A stretch of DNA of 64,000 bases from Octopus vulgaris (taxonomy: Eukaryota): assembly GCA_951406725.2 (NCBI GenBank), contig OX597825.1, forward strand, positions 82,708,001 to 82,772,000, given 5' to 3'. This document shows positions 38,512 to 50,860 of the stretch, in pieces. The notes under the pieces were generated by a model. The model ran no database searches and was not told where the DNA came from. It saw nothing but the letters and a program-made list of their open reading frames with translations. A program made the translations under genes and the position numbers. Each line of letters begins with the position of its first letter. The first letter of the stretch is position 1.

Positions 38512-38704
38512 GGAATAAAACCTTGAATATATATATGATTTTACACCTGACACTAGGAATACTTAATTTTTATTCGTTATATTTTGTCTGCAGACAATAA
38601 TGTATGTCGTTCGTCTTTTGTTTAGTTTTGTTGCTTTTTTAGGTCCGTGTGAATTAAGTTCGAGAAACGTTGTGATTAATTCTATTAAAAACTCACGTCT
38701 GTTA
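38188..38704. repeat. Long inverted repeat: 185-bp arms (38188-38372 and 38520-38704)
   Basis: Near-perfect reverse complements; the spacer holds a SINE-B tail, (TA)n and a 17-bp copy of arm sequence. Confidence 0.95.
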
Positions 38705-38799
38705 GGGCAGTAGACACGCGGGTGTAGGATCGCGGTTTCGATTCTCAGACCATCTGTTTATATATATCCATCTATCTCCCTGTTATTTATTTTTCCATA

Positions 38800-38916
<117 letters not shown>

Positions 38917-39016
38917 TATATATAATGTTAATTGTTAACAAGGTAAAAATACACTCATCTATTTATATATATATATATCATATATATATATATATATATA
39001 TGCATATATATATGTG

Positions 39017-39060
<44 letters not shown>

Positions 39061-39709
39061 CGTATACATCCGTATACACTCTTACAGAGATATACATATA
39101 CGCTTGTAACTTTTTTGCTACATCTTTCTAATATGTACGTACTTTCATTTTTATTTTATTCATTTGTGTATTACGTTAAGTATTTCTATAAATGTCAACA
39201 TATACATTCAAATACTTGTTTAGATTGTCTTAGGCCAATAACAAGACCATTATTCATTCAATCAAACATAAAATATCGAAGTCTTAACACAAAAATGACA
39301 TCAACTAAGAATAACATTGTACATGAAAAAAAAGTTTTAAGAATCATACACATGAAATATAAAAGAATCGAGACCCTTTAACGAATCTGTTTTGTTTAGT
39401 TCGCTTGTTATGTTTGGTATATAAAAGACAGTTTATGTTATACAAAGGACACAGAAAATACTTAAAGCAGAAATATTACCCGGCAATCATTCTGTCTTTG
39501 AAAAAAAATGATTGACAGCAAGTAGGATGACAATTGAAAATAAGATGTGGAGCAGATATAGAGACTGGAAGATATATCAGACGGAATTTCCATCAACGTT
39601 TTTCAATGAACATTTACTCACACGCAGACGAACGCATTCACATTCGTTGCCAACTATGTGAAATGTCACCATTACACTTGTTTCGTGATTAATATTCTTC
39701 TAATTAACG

Positions 39710-39818
39710 TGGCGGGCGGTGGCAGAATCGTTAACACGCCGGGCAAAATATTTAGCAGCAGTTCGTCTGTCTTAAACTTCTAGGTTCAAATACCGCCGAG
39801 ATCGACTTTGCCTCTCAT
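39710..39818 (+). mobile_element. SINE family A, 5' fragment
   Basis: ggcagaatcgttaacacgccgggcaaaa...ggttcaaataccgccgagatcgactttgcct. Confidence 0.7.
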
Positions 39819-40061
39819 ACATTTTAATCGAATTTGACTTGGCCATAATAATTTTAATTTTTAGAAAAATGTTTCAAATTTTAGGCCACGACCGTAGATA
39901 GCCTATGAAAATTTCAGCTCACTCCTGTATTTGACATTTATGTATATATTCATATACAGAAATGGCTATGTTATAAAAGGAGCTTGCTCCGAACCACATT
40001 GTTCTGAGTTCAGCCCCACTGCGTGGTTCGTAGACGGAAACTTGAAGAAGCCCTTTGTATC

Positions 40062-40103
<42 letters not shown>

Positions 40104-40180
40104 GTCTATTTTCGGCATATTTAGCATTAGAAATGTTTTCTTTTGCCCTTTCTTATAAATTGTTTATATATATATATATG

Positions 40181-40224
<44 letters not shown>

Positions 40225-40229
<5 letters not shown>

Positions 40230-40378
40230 TACAAAAGAACAAAAGACGAAGACAGGTGTGTAAACAGCAAACGGATGTATTAGTTCAACGCACGGAAAGT
40301 GAAAAAGTCTTTTACATTTCAAGCCTACGCTCTTTGATGGAGAGGAACACAGGAATAAACAGGCAGAGAAAATAGAAA
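40225..40378 (-). mobile_element. Second copy of the 26700-26885 pLTR-like repeat
   Basis: GAGC[gtag]GCTT-GAAA-TG-TA-AAAGA hammerhead 3' half; shared cctgtcttcgtcttttg. Confidence 0.6.
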
Positions 40379-40384
40379 AAATAT

Positions 40385-40452
<68 letters not shown>

Positions 40453-40473
40453 GTAGATAGATAGATAGATAGA
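40385..40473. repeat. (GATA)n microsatellite
   Basis: Directly visible. Confidence 0.95.
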
Positions 40474-40603
40474 TGTGTTAAATGTATTACAACACACAGT
40501 TATTTAGATATTGTTTATTTTGCTCTTCCGTTCATGAAGACACACAGAAATCAACAAGCATTTTGATGTTCGACCTGCTAAAATTACCCATTAAAATATT
40601 TAC

Positions 40604-40768
40604 AAATCACACTGTTTTGTCTGGTTGCAATAATAAACTGGAGCGTAGAAGAATACATTATATAATTTAGTCGGTGATGTGCGATATGAAACAAACAAAA
40701 ACCGAAAACAAATTGGATGACCACGTCTAGAACGCCTTTGATCAAAGATCTGCTTCGTCAGTGCTAAC
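40604..40768 (-). CDS. Exon of the minus-strand gene (165 nt, phase 2-2)
   Basis: gtatttgttttgtttgacttcag| ... TT|gtaaat; LALTKQIFDQRRSRRGHPICFRFLFVSYRTSPTKLYNVFFYAPVYYCNQTKQCD. Confidence 0.6.
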
Positions 40769-41469
40769 CTGAAGTCAAACAAAACAAATACAAGTATATC
40801 GGCGAAACCGACTTCATATCCCGAAGTTGTTTGTGAACAACAATACTTAAAACCTAATAATTTCATTCTATTACAATATATACGATTATTTCCTTATATC
40901 TACATATATTGCTGTATTCAATTTCTCCATCAACAAGCTCTCTCTGACGCCAAATGTTATATTACAGACTTCAAGACTGCTACAGTTCTTTCTTCATCCA
41001 ACTGGATTCGCTTATATTGACAAAGTTTTTTTTCCTTTGCTTCTTTACAGTCACCTGGCTAGCGGTTAGATAATACATTCCCAGGGTCATATTTTTAAAT
41101 AACAGCAGGGCTTAACATTGCGTAATTTTTGTCGATCTGACCGTCATACTGGTTTCTGATGCAGTAAGCTATAATCTCTGTAGTGTTTTCTGAAAGGCGC
41201 CATCTCTATTATTAATTTGGTTATTTTGTTGCAACAAAGAGTTGTTTTTTTCTTTCTCCCCTAACATACAAACAAAAGAAAATACAAATAACAATCAACA
41301 ACAACAACAGTAACAACAAATACAACAAAAACCAATCAAGAAATAGGAATAGCAAAGGAACAAAATCATTGCATAACATTCCTATGTTTATATTTGCATA
41401 GCAGACAAAATATATGCGTTGGCTTATTTGGAAACAAAACTGATTTTCAAAAATATAATAAGTGTTATC

Positions 41470-42029
41470 AGTAGTAGTAGTAGTAGTAGAAGTAGTAGTA
41501 GTAGTGGTGGTGGTGGTGGTGGTGGTGGTAGTCGTAGATAAGCAGCGACGAAAATCAACAACAGCAGAAAAATTCATTGTAGTGGTGGTGGTGGTGGAGT
41601 CAGATCGATAACTACAATAGCCACATCAACAACAACAACAACAACAACGCCAACAACAACAACAACCTTGAAAATATCGATAAAACAAAATAAGAATACT
41701 AATAACGCTAACGATACTAACAAGAATAAATGACAACAACAAAAACAACAACAGCGGCAATAACAATAATATGATAGTGCCGTTGATGTTGTTGTTGATG
41801 ATGTTAATGATGATGATGATGATGACGATGACGATGATGATGATGATGATGATAGTGGTGATGATGGTTAGGATGATGATGGTGGTGATGATGATGATGA
41901 TGATTATGATGATGACGATGATGATGATGACTATGATGATGATGTTGATAATGATGATGGTGATGATGATGATGGTGATGATGATGATGATGATGATGGT
42001 GAGGATGATGATGGTGATGATGATGATGC

Positions 42030-42090
<61 letters not shown>

Positions 42091-42312
42091 AGTGGTGATG
42101 ATGGTGAGGATGATGATGGTGGTGATGATGATGATGATGATTATGATGATGACGACGACTACGACGATGGTGATAATTATGATGATGGTGATGGTGGTGA
42201 TGATGGTGAGGATGATGATGACGATGATGATGATGATGGTGTTCTTGATGATGATTATGATGATTACGATGGTGATAATTATAATGATGATGAAGATGAT
42301 GATAATAATGAG
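41470..42312. repeat. Compound (GTA)/(GTG)/(CAA)/(GAT)n trinucleotide block with higher-order duplication
   Basis: Directly visible; the variant run gatagtggtgatgatggt.aggatgatgatggtggtg occurs at about 41851 and 42088. Confidence 0.95.
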
Positions 42313-42466
42313 ATGGAGGTGAAAGGGGTGAGGCAGGTGTAGAGGGAGGGGGATTATGCTAATGACGATAGTAATAGCAACAGTAAGGAACAAGAAAGTA
42401 AGAGTAACAATAAAACAATAACAACATGAGACTGATAGGCCCCAGTTCATAACTGGTACTTATTTC

Positions 42467-42651
42467 AGCTCTATATTTTTAGAGATGAGGAATTATGTAC
42501 ATTATTTACATTATTTACATTTGACGGATATTTGTCCTCATCATCTTGGTTGTAAAAACAACGTTTCGAATGATATACCCTCCAGCTATTTTTATTTTGG
42601 GGAAATTTCGAACCTGGGTTCTCATTCCTAAGGTATTTTTCGATGTTATTG

Positions 42652-42701
<50 letters not shown>
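42467..42701 (-). mobile_element. Family D element (headless copy with (AAT)n linker)
   Basis: Homologous to 13165-13310; keeps GAAACGTT but has lost the CUGA core. Confidence 0.8.
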
Positions 42702-42854
42702 GTAAAAACTACGCTGTATAAAAAAAACCTATTCGCACCGAAATATATATATATATACAAGCATATATTTACGTTATATTCCCCCTCCACACGCACACAC
42801 AGAGTTACATATTATGAATCTAGCTAATTATGCAAGAAGTAACATGGCGATTTG

Positions 42855-42973
42855 ATACGGCTCCATATGACTTACAGTTTCACTGGCTTTTAACAGAAGC
42901 TACAATCAAATGTCTGAAAGCGACGGAATTTTGTTAGATGCCTGCGAAACTTTAAGTCACATGAAACCATATG
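42855..42973. repeat. Small inverted repeat, each arm carrying a hammerhead-like 3' half
   Basis: catatgacttacagtttcactggc versus gcctgcgaaactttaagtcacatg; GAAAC-TG/TT-TA-AGTCA on each arm. Confidence 0.6.
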
Positions 42974-43064
42974 ATACTTTTATAAATCATACACGTAACT
43001 CCTACTAAATATGTTGAATACCCTTTCCTTTTTTTGTACAGCCACTCGTATATATACACGTCTA

Positions 43065-43101
<37 letters not shown>

Positions 43102-43894
43102 GCATACACACACACATTTTTTATATATATATATAAATGCGTGTGTGTTTGGGTGCCTGTGTGTTTGTGTATATGTTTGGTTGTATGGGTGTTTGGACAA
43201 TAGACTATCATCAAATGCGGATATAAGATTTTAATGCAGGAATTTTTAATGCAAAACCAGTTGACGTCTCAGGTGAGTTATAAAACGCATGAACAGATTC
43301 ACTCATACATTATTTAAACTTTTGGCCAAAAATTTTTCCGAAGAATTCCTTAAAATAAATTTTGTCTTTAAGCTGTTTTTTGCAACGTTATTAGTTCCCC
43401 GTGATATAAATATAATTCCTTATTACTAAAGACCTTGTATCCTTATTTTACCTTATATTTCCCCAGGGCTATTCATATCCTTATTTGGTCTGGACATTTG
43501 CGATTACTAATTGTTTTTCAGCTTTAAATATTTCCCATCTAATATATTTAATAAAATATTTAGTAGGGTATCACGGACTCAAGTGTATACGAATCTATCA
43601 ACCAGACTATATTTATAGATGTATGGGGTATTCATAATGTCTTCCCGCAGTAGGTATTTAAAGGTTTTCGGGCGATTCTTGTACACTGATCCATTACTTG
43701 TGAGTAATAAAGAAATACGAAAAAAGTGTCGGGCGGAGTTTTAAGGAGAGTGTATTGCATACATGACTGTTATAAATGTATATATGCAAATGTGTGTGTG
43801 TGTGTCTGTGTGTCTGTGAGTGCTGTGCATGGGTGAGCGAGTGAATGAGTGAAGGAGAGAATAAATAAAACAATAAACATTTCCAAGGGTTTTA

Positions 43895-44195
43895 CATTTT
43901 TCTTCTCGAGCCACGGCTGGCTTATAAGGGCCGGTTTCCCTGTTTCCTTGGCTCATAGGTTCCCCACCTAGACGGAACGCCGGTCAGTCGCAGGTGAGCT
44001 GGAAGATACAGGAGGAAAGAGTGAGAGAAAGTTGTGGCGAAAGAGTCAGCAGAAGTTCGCCATTACTTTCTGCCGGAGCCGAGTGGGCTTAGGTATTTCG
44101 CTCATAAACACACAGATCACCCGGTCTGAGATTCGAACCCGCGATTCCTCGACCGCGAGTCCGCTGCTCTAAACTCTAGGCCATGTGCCTCCACA
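43895..44195 (-). mobile_element. SINE family C, full length (related subfamily)
   Basis: gtggaggcacatggcctag...gcagcggactcgcgg...gggttcgaatctc; same body; gaaaccggcccttat tail. Confidence 0.85.
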
Positions 44196-44381
44196 AAGGT
44201 TTTACCTACAACTTTACATCAGAAGAATAGCTGGATTTCGAAAGCGCGTCACTCAAATCAAGTATAAATGTGATTTGACTGGTATTCCATTGCTGTTGTT
44301 TTCTTGTGGTTGTTGTTGTAGTAGCAGTTGTTGTTGTTGATAATTTCATTGTTATTACGATTATTATTATTATCATCATCA

Positions 44382-44454
<73 letters not shown>

Positions 44455-44747
44455 CCATACAGCATCGTTATAAATAACTGAGCGAAAGATCAACAATGAA
44501 AATAAGTATGTAAACTTATTATGAAGAAGATGAAGAGAAAGTCAATGATTGTAGACTTTATGAAAGTGTCAATAATTTCATGCTCCGTAGTTCTATTGTC
44601 TGTGCATTGGAAAATTGAAGTTTATTTAGAAATTATTCTTGGCTGGAATTCAATAACTTTATAATCGCTTTCAAGGTAGAAAGGGAGATAAATAAATCTG
44701 CAGAGATTGATTATACACTAAAGATATATTACATGCACAGAAGTATG

Positions 44748-44791
<44 letters not shown>

Positions 44792-44857
44792 CATACATAG
44801 ACACACATACGTATATATGCATATATATACATACACATATGTATATGTATATGTGTA

Positions 44858-44897
<40 letters not shown>

Positions 44898-45036
44898 AAG
44901 ATATATACGCACAAATATATGCACATAGAGCAAGCAAAATGTATTCCGCGTGGGTACATGGTTATTATGGGTAAACATACAAAAACTAACATATATATGG
45001 AAATGTAGACAGGCGTACGTATATGTATGTGTAGAA

Positions 45037-45094
<58 letters not shown>

Positions 45095-45178
45095 TACATG
45101 TACATATATATATGTGTGTATATATATTCAGATATATATATATATATATAAATGTATGTATATATATATGTATAAATG

Positions 45179-45235
<57 letters not shown>

Positions 45236-45439
45236 ATATATATATTATACATATATATGTATGTATGTATGTATATATGTATGTATGTATTACTCTCTAT
45301 GCCTCAAAGCAACTACTGCCATGCTTGTTTATTGACGTGTCTGTCTGTCAGTTTATCTATCTATCTATCGATGTATGTAACTTTGTAACGCTTTGTACAT
45401 ATACGTATAAGCATGTATACACGTATGTATACACGTATC

Positions 45440-45790
45440 CCGATCAGCAGAGAATGTGGCAACAATGCAAGAGATGTTACATTGCAGCCCGCAAAAATCA
45501 ACACGTCTCTGAAAGTGGAACAAAAAAGACACACAATACATTGAAAACTGTAGCCGCAGAAGTCCAAGAAGTCTGGATCTCACTCCATGAAATTTTTACC
45601 TGTGGGATTACACAAACGAGGAGCTGTGCAGCAAAAACTCCCGCACAAAGGAGGACTTGGAGATGCGGATACAGGGGGTGAGGTTCTCAAAGATATCTCA
45701 GACGATGTTGCTCAGAATGTTGTCCATTCTATTCCTGGGTGTTTAAGAAAACTGTTGACGATCCCAGTGCTTACGTTGAAATATAAAAAT
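45440..45790 (+). mobile_element. Tc1/mariner (maT/rosa-like DDxD) transposase C-terminal relic
   Basis: DLTP*NFYLWDYTNEELCSKNSRTKEDLEMRIQ...AQNVVHSIPGCLRK...AYVEI*, matching SPDLTPLDFFLWG. Confidence 0.65.
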
Positions 45791-45962
45791 TTACATTTAT
45801 TTTCCAATGTAACAGAGAAAAGGTATTTTATTTTATCTAGTTTCACCTCAAGAGCTGTGGCCATGCTGGGGCACCGCCATTTATCATTCGTTTCAATAAA
45901 TTTGTCTAAGGAAAATGGATTTTATTACGAACTTTTAATTCCTCCTTAATTTCCCCAACTCC

Positions 45963-46004
<42 letters not shown>

Positions 46005-46164
46005 GTGTATGATGAACTCTTCCGTCGAAGACGACGAATGAACATTTAGCATTTTTACCGAGAAGCCTGCACAAATGATTTGTTTATAATAACCAAATAT
46101 TCGTGCCGCACATTAGCCAACTCTCTCCATCAAACCGACGTTGTCTGAACAGGTGTACGGTGTA

Positions 46165-46287
46165 CTACACCTTAGGTAAGATGAAGAGTGTTGCACAAGA
46201 ACACAGCACACCTTCCAGGTCTAGGTATTGAAATCACGATCTTTCGATCGTGATTGCGACACCCTAAGCATCACGCTATGAGCCCTC

Positions 46288-46288
<1 letters not shown>
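46165..46288 (-). mobile_element. Old tRNA-derived SINE head (family C-like)
   Basis: Reverse complement: gcttagggtgtcgcaatcacgatcgaaagatcgtgatttcaatacctagacc. Confidence 0.5.
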
Positions 46289-46329
<41 letters not shown>

Positions 46330-46459
46330 TACGGAGATGTACTCGCATAGCATCTGAGATCGTGTGCTGAAACGAAAACAATTGCAGCGTGGAAGGTGTT
46401 TATAAGCCATTTAAGAAACACACAAAAGCCGTTCGATTCACTTCAACATTTAAGTTTAA

Positions 46460-46509
46460 TTTGTCAAAATATTTTCGTCGCTAAAATCCGCGACCTGTTC
46501 ACTGACAAA
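46460..46509 (-). ncRNA. Intact minimal type I hammerhead ribozyme motif, G3-C8 variant
   Basis: TTTGTCA-GTGAACA-G-GTCGC[ggatttta]GCGAC-GAAA-ATAT-TT-TGACAAA: perfect 7-bp stem I and 5-bp stem II, palindromic stem III, all invariant core bases present with the 3-8 pair swapped. Confidence 0.8.
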
Positions 46510-46520
46510 GTCCGTGCTGC

Positions 46521-46561
<41 letters not shown>

Positions 46562-47109
46562 GATTGTGCATATGACCACCGGCTTAGACTGAAATGTATA
46601 AAAGAATAAAAAATATATGTACGTGTGTATATGCATGCGTTGAAATACATATATAAGTATTGATACTTCTTCATGTGTACATACATATGTATAGATATGT
46701 ATTTTTCTTTCTGTTCTGCACACGCACACACACACGCACACACATACTCACACACACTCACACACACATACACACACATACACACATGTGTATAAGCAAA
46801 ATATATATGTTGTATAAATGTAAATGTGTATTACCGATTCATTTATAAATATTTATATATATGTGTGTGTGTATATTTATGTATGTATATAAATATTTAT
46901 AAATATTTATATATACACATGTATATGTATGGATTACAGTGCCTTTAGGTCGGATCACCAAAAGCAGGACCGCGTCCAGCATGAGATGTATATCATATAA
47001 TATACACAATTTGCTAAGAAGATACAAACAGTTTCATGTTTTAGAGATACAATAATTTCGCAGATTTATATAGCATGCCAGGCATCTTCTTATTGTTTCT
47101 CTTGCTTTC

Positions 47110-47261
47110 TCATAGTCCAGGGTCCTTGTTTTTAAATACTTGTGGCGATATGCACTGAGCCCGAACGTTTGCTTGGAGATAATGGCATATTATATACTTC
47201 TGCCAGATTTTTCTATCTCTAAAGCATGAAATTAGCAGCAGATCCTTCAGAAATTCTGTAT
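47110..47261 (-). CDS. Candidate exon (phase 1 start; stop at 47110)
   Basis: atatttcacttcag|; DTEFLKDLLLISCFRDRKIWQKYIICHYLQ...KDPGL*; FLKDL shared with exon 37857-38120. Confidence 0.35.
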
Positions 47262-47284
47262 CTGAAGTGAAATATATATTTGTT

Positions 47285-47443
47285 TGTACGTACGTACATG
47301 CGTATGTATGTATGTATATATGTATGTATGTATGTATATATGTATGCATACTTGTATGTATGTATGTATGTATGTATGTATGTATGTATGTATGTATATA
47401 TGCATGCTTGTATATACGTACGTAGGTTATGCATGCATGGATG

Positions 47444-47517
<74 letters not shown>

Positions 47518-47835
47518 TGTGTGTGCGTGTCACTATTTAGTTTTATTCCAAGAGTTCTTACCAATAGAAAAATTGGCGGTTTCTATATCAATTCCATGGC
47601 TCCTTCGTTGGAATTTAAGCTTCAAGAAAACAGGTATTTTTGTGTGTATGCATGTATGGATGTATGCATATGTATGTATGCATGTATGTATGTATGTGTG
47701 TATGTGTGTATATATGTATGTATATGCATATATATATACATATATATGTAAATATATACATATATATGCATACATATGTATTTTAGTATTTATGTACATA
47801 TATACATATTTACATATATGTATATATTAATATAC

Positions 47836-47876
<41 letters not shown>

Positions 47877-47971
47877 CATGTATATATATATATATATCTG
47901 TATATATATATATATATATACATATATATACATACATATATATGTATGTATATACATACATATCTATAAGA

Positions 47972-48004
<33 letters not shown>

Positions 48005-48009
48005 CACAC

Positions 48010-48053
<44 letters not shown>

Positions 48054-48078
48054 GTATATATGTATGTATATATGTATG
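47285..48078. repeat. Compound (TATG)/(TG)/(TA)n tract
   Basis: Directly visible. Confidence 0.9.
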
Positions 48079-48243
48079 CAATATCAAGGTACAAGAACGC
48101 AAACAAGAACGTGTCTACAGATTCTTAGGAAAAGATTTCTTTCTGTGAAACTGCATATTCAATTCGTTAATTGTATTGACAAGCAATCAAGATGCAAAGA
48201 TGGCAGTAATTATCAAACTGCAGATGTTCGTGAAATAATTCAC

Positions 48244-48280
48244 CTTCATCAATACCATGTCTTTTGTAAATAATTACGAA
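48244..48280 (-). CDS. Candidate 37-nt exon (phase 0-1)
   Basis: gtattgtattttggcag| [13 protein letters not shown]|gtgaat. Confidence 0.3.
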
Positions 48281-48489
48281 CTGCCAAAATACAATACAAG
48301 GATGTAATTACCCGATATGTAACTATTTGCTGTAAAGTTATTTGTTTAGAAATATGCTAATAGGAAACGAAATATATATTGGTGTATTTCTTAGTTGTTT
48401 TCACTTTTATTAACATTCATTTTTAGAATTAAGTTATTGTGTTAATAATTTATTTTTGCATGTGTTTGTTTGCTCTGCCGTTCTGATTT

Positions 48490-48868
48490 TCGAAGGACGA
48501 TTTATTGCTAATAAGCGGTAATATATTTATTGTTAGCAGCCATGCTACGTAAAAATATAAATAGTTATCAGCTACGTAGAGGTTGCACTGCTCACAGATT
48601 TGATATGTATAAGATTTATTGCTATTACCTTTGGATGTAAAACATTATTAACCGATGTGATATTTGGAAGTAAGATTGCTAACAGATATACGAAAAACTT
48701 CCATTACGATCATCTACGAAATGTAATATATTTATTGCTAACAGCTCTGATATGTAAAAGATTTATTGCTAAGAGGTAGGATATGCTAAACATTTACTGG
48801 TAGGAGACAGGAAAGGTAAACGATGTGTTGCTAACGTCTTTTATATGTAAAAGATTTCTTGTTGAACC
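48490..48868. repeat. Degenerate 31-bp minisatellite
   Basis: Consecutive 31-nt units, e.g. gatatgtaaaagatttattgctaagaggtag, gatatgctaaacatttactggtaggagacag, gaaaggtaaacgatgtgttgctaacgtcttt. Confidence 0.75.
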
Positions 48869-48887
48869 TAAAAAGATTGAAATTTAC

Positions 48888-49010
48888 AAACAAAATCTAA
48901 TTGCCCTCAGAATGATATCAGTTAATACAAGGAAAAGCTTGAAAGACGAAGCGGAGACCTTCTCAAAGCTTGAGTCGTGTTCTAAGGACGTGTAGAATTT
49001 TCTACGGTGC
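48888..49010 (-). CDS. Exon of the minus-strand gene (123 nt, phase 2-2)
   Basis: ggcaacag| ... TT|gtaaat; HRRKFYTSLEHDSSFEKVSASSFKLFLVLTDIILRAIRFC. Confidence 0.5.
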
Positions 49011-49242
49011 CTGTTGCCATTTTTAAACGGAAAAGGAATTTGTTAATAGAAATCCCTTTTTCGAATGGTAGGCTTATACTTCTCTTGGCATATTAAAATA
49101 GTTGCACACCTAAAAATACATACACACATACACAGACATATGCATGCATACATGTATATATGTATGCATATATTTATCTCTGTATATAAATGTGTGTCTG
49201 TGTGTTTGCCTATGTGTGTGTATATGTATGTATGTATGTATG

Positions 49243-49302
<60 letters not shown>

Positions 49303-49576
49303 CATACATACATATACACACACATAGGCACACAAACAGACAGACATTATATATATATATATATATATATACATATGTATGTAGAATCCAGTATATTTTG
49401 CAAAATATACTAGATACTACTACGATGTTTAAAGACAGATGTTTTTCAAATATTTAATTCTTTAATTTATAAAAAAAAGACAATAAACAAAATGGGAGAC
49501 ATTTTGGAATTCATTTTTCGTATTGCATTCAAGAGCTGTCTGCGTTTCTCTCATTCTCTCTCTCACACTCACTCTG

Positions 49577-49636
<60 letters not shown>

Positions 49637-49670
49637 ACTATCTAGTTATTCACCCATCTAGTATCTAGCA

Positions 49671-49715
<45 letters not shown>

Positions 49716-49763
49716 TATATCCACCCACACGTGCACAGACACTTATATATGATTATTTATATG

Positions 49764-49805
<42 letters not shown>

Positions 49806-50132
49806 TACGCACACACTCAAACACACGCACATACACGCACACATGGACGTATATATTACTGCTCTCTACATACAAAGTGTGATGCGAAATATGCTAAACG
49901 CAATTTCATGATAGATACTATCGTTGTATCTTTAGATATTTCTGTTTTCTGATAGCGTCATGATACATCACGTGTTGTGTTGTTCTAATGATGTCAATAT
50001 TATTCTTTGATCATATTTTCCTTCCTTTATTTACATTATCGAAGCAGACATTTCATCTTAAACTAGACTCAGTCATTTTGTTTGGCTTTTGTATTTTCAT
50101 TTTAAAATAAGTTTTTCTACATGCTAATTTAC

Positions 50133-50408
50133 TTATTTTTCAATATTGCCGGCAGGATATAATCTTTTAATATGTTTTTACTACCAAATGATGTATTAAT
50201 GAATGTTTGTTTATTAGCAAACATTGAAGTCAGAGTTAATAACCAGATGTTGTAAGCTGTCTGCATAGAACCGTGGTCTATACAATAGACGTCGTTTCCA
50301 TTTTTCTCGAACAACTTTGCGAGTTCAATTCTGTTCGCATTTGATATCGATTTCATATAAGTTTCATTGAGCTGTATTCGTAGCAGTAATATTCTCAGGC
50401 CACGTATC
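50133..50408 (-). CDS. Exon of the minus-strand gene (276 nt, phase 2-2)
   Basis: ttccatattctaagctacag| ... AA|gtaaat; 91 open codons IRGLRILLLRIQLNETY...KDYILPAILKN. Confidence 0.65.
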
Positions 50409-50525
50409 CTGTAGCTTAGAATATGGAAGTAACGTTAAGCATTCCGAATGAACGCTACGCTGAATATATATATATATATACATGTGTGTGCGTGTGTATA
50501 CATGTATATATACATACATATAGAT

Positions 50526-50557
<32 letters not shown>

Positions 50558-50681
50558 GTATATATACATGTGTGTACGTGTGTATACATGTATATATACA
50601 TACATATAGATACACACACACACACACACACTCACACACACATATATATATTTATATATATAATTTTATTCTGTTATTAGT

Positions 50682-50860
50682 TTATACGTTTCAGCTTTGA
50701 GACTGCGGCCATCCTGGGGCACATGTTTATTGGTCGATCTGGGAAATTGGACGGCAAGAGGTCAAGCTGTTTCTTGAAAACATCTACTGCCACTCCGTAG
50801 AGATACCTCAGATGTTTTGACAAATAATTATATAGCTGTGGGCCCTTGAAACCCATGCTA
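50682..50860 (-). mobile_element. CR1/L2-group LINE 3' fragment
   Basis: MGFKGPQLYNYLSKHLRYLYGVAVDVFKKQLDLL...PDRP, then tail gtgccccaggatggccgcagtctcaaagctgaaac. Confidence 0.8.

Noticed and set aside
40890-41189. Additional minus-strand exon
   Set aside because: An acceptor is present but all frames hit stops within about 30 codons.
41626-42450. 274-aa poly-I and 183-aa poly-M ORFs
   Set aside because: Stop-free frames of the (GAT)n block, open on both strands, with no domain.
48490-48868. CRISPR-like look of conserved plus variable units
   Set aside because: Eukaryotic context, degenerate repeats, ~9-nt variable parts and no cas genes; it is a minisatellite.
50479-50630. ~86-bp tandem duplication
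   Set aside because: Higher-order slippage of a compound microsatellite; ordinary for this genome.
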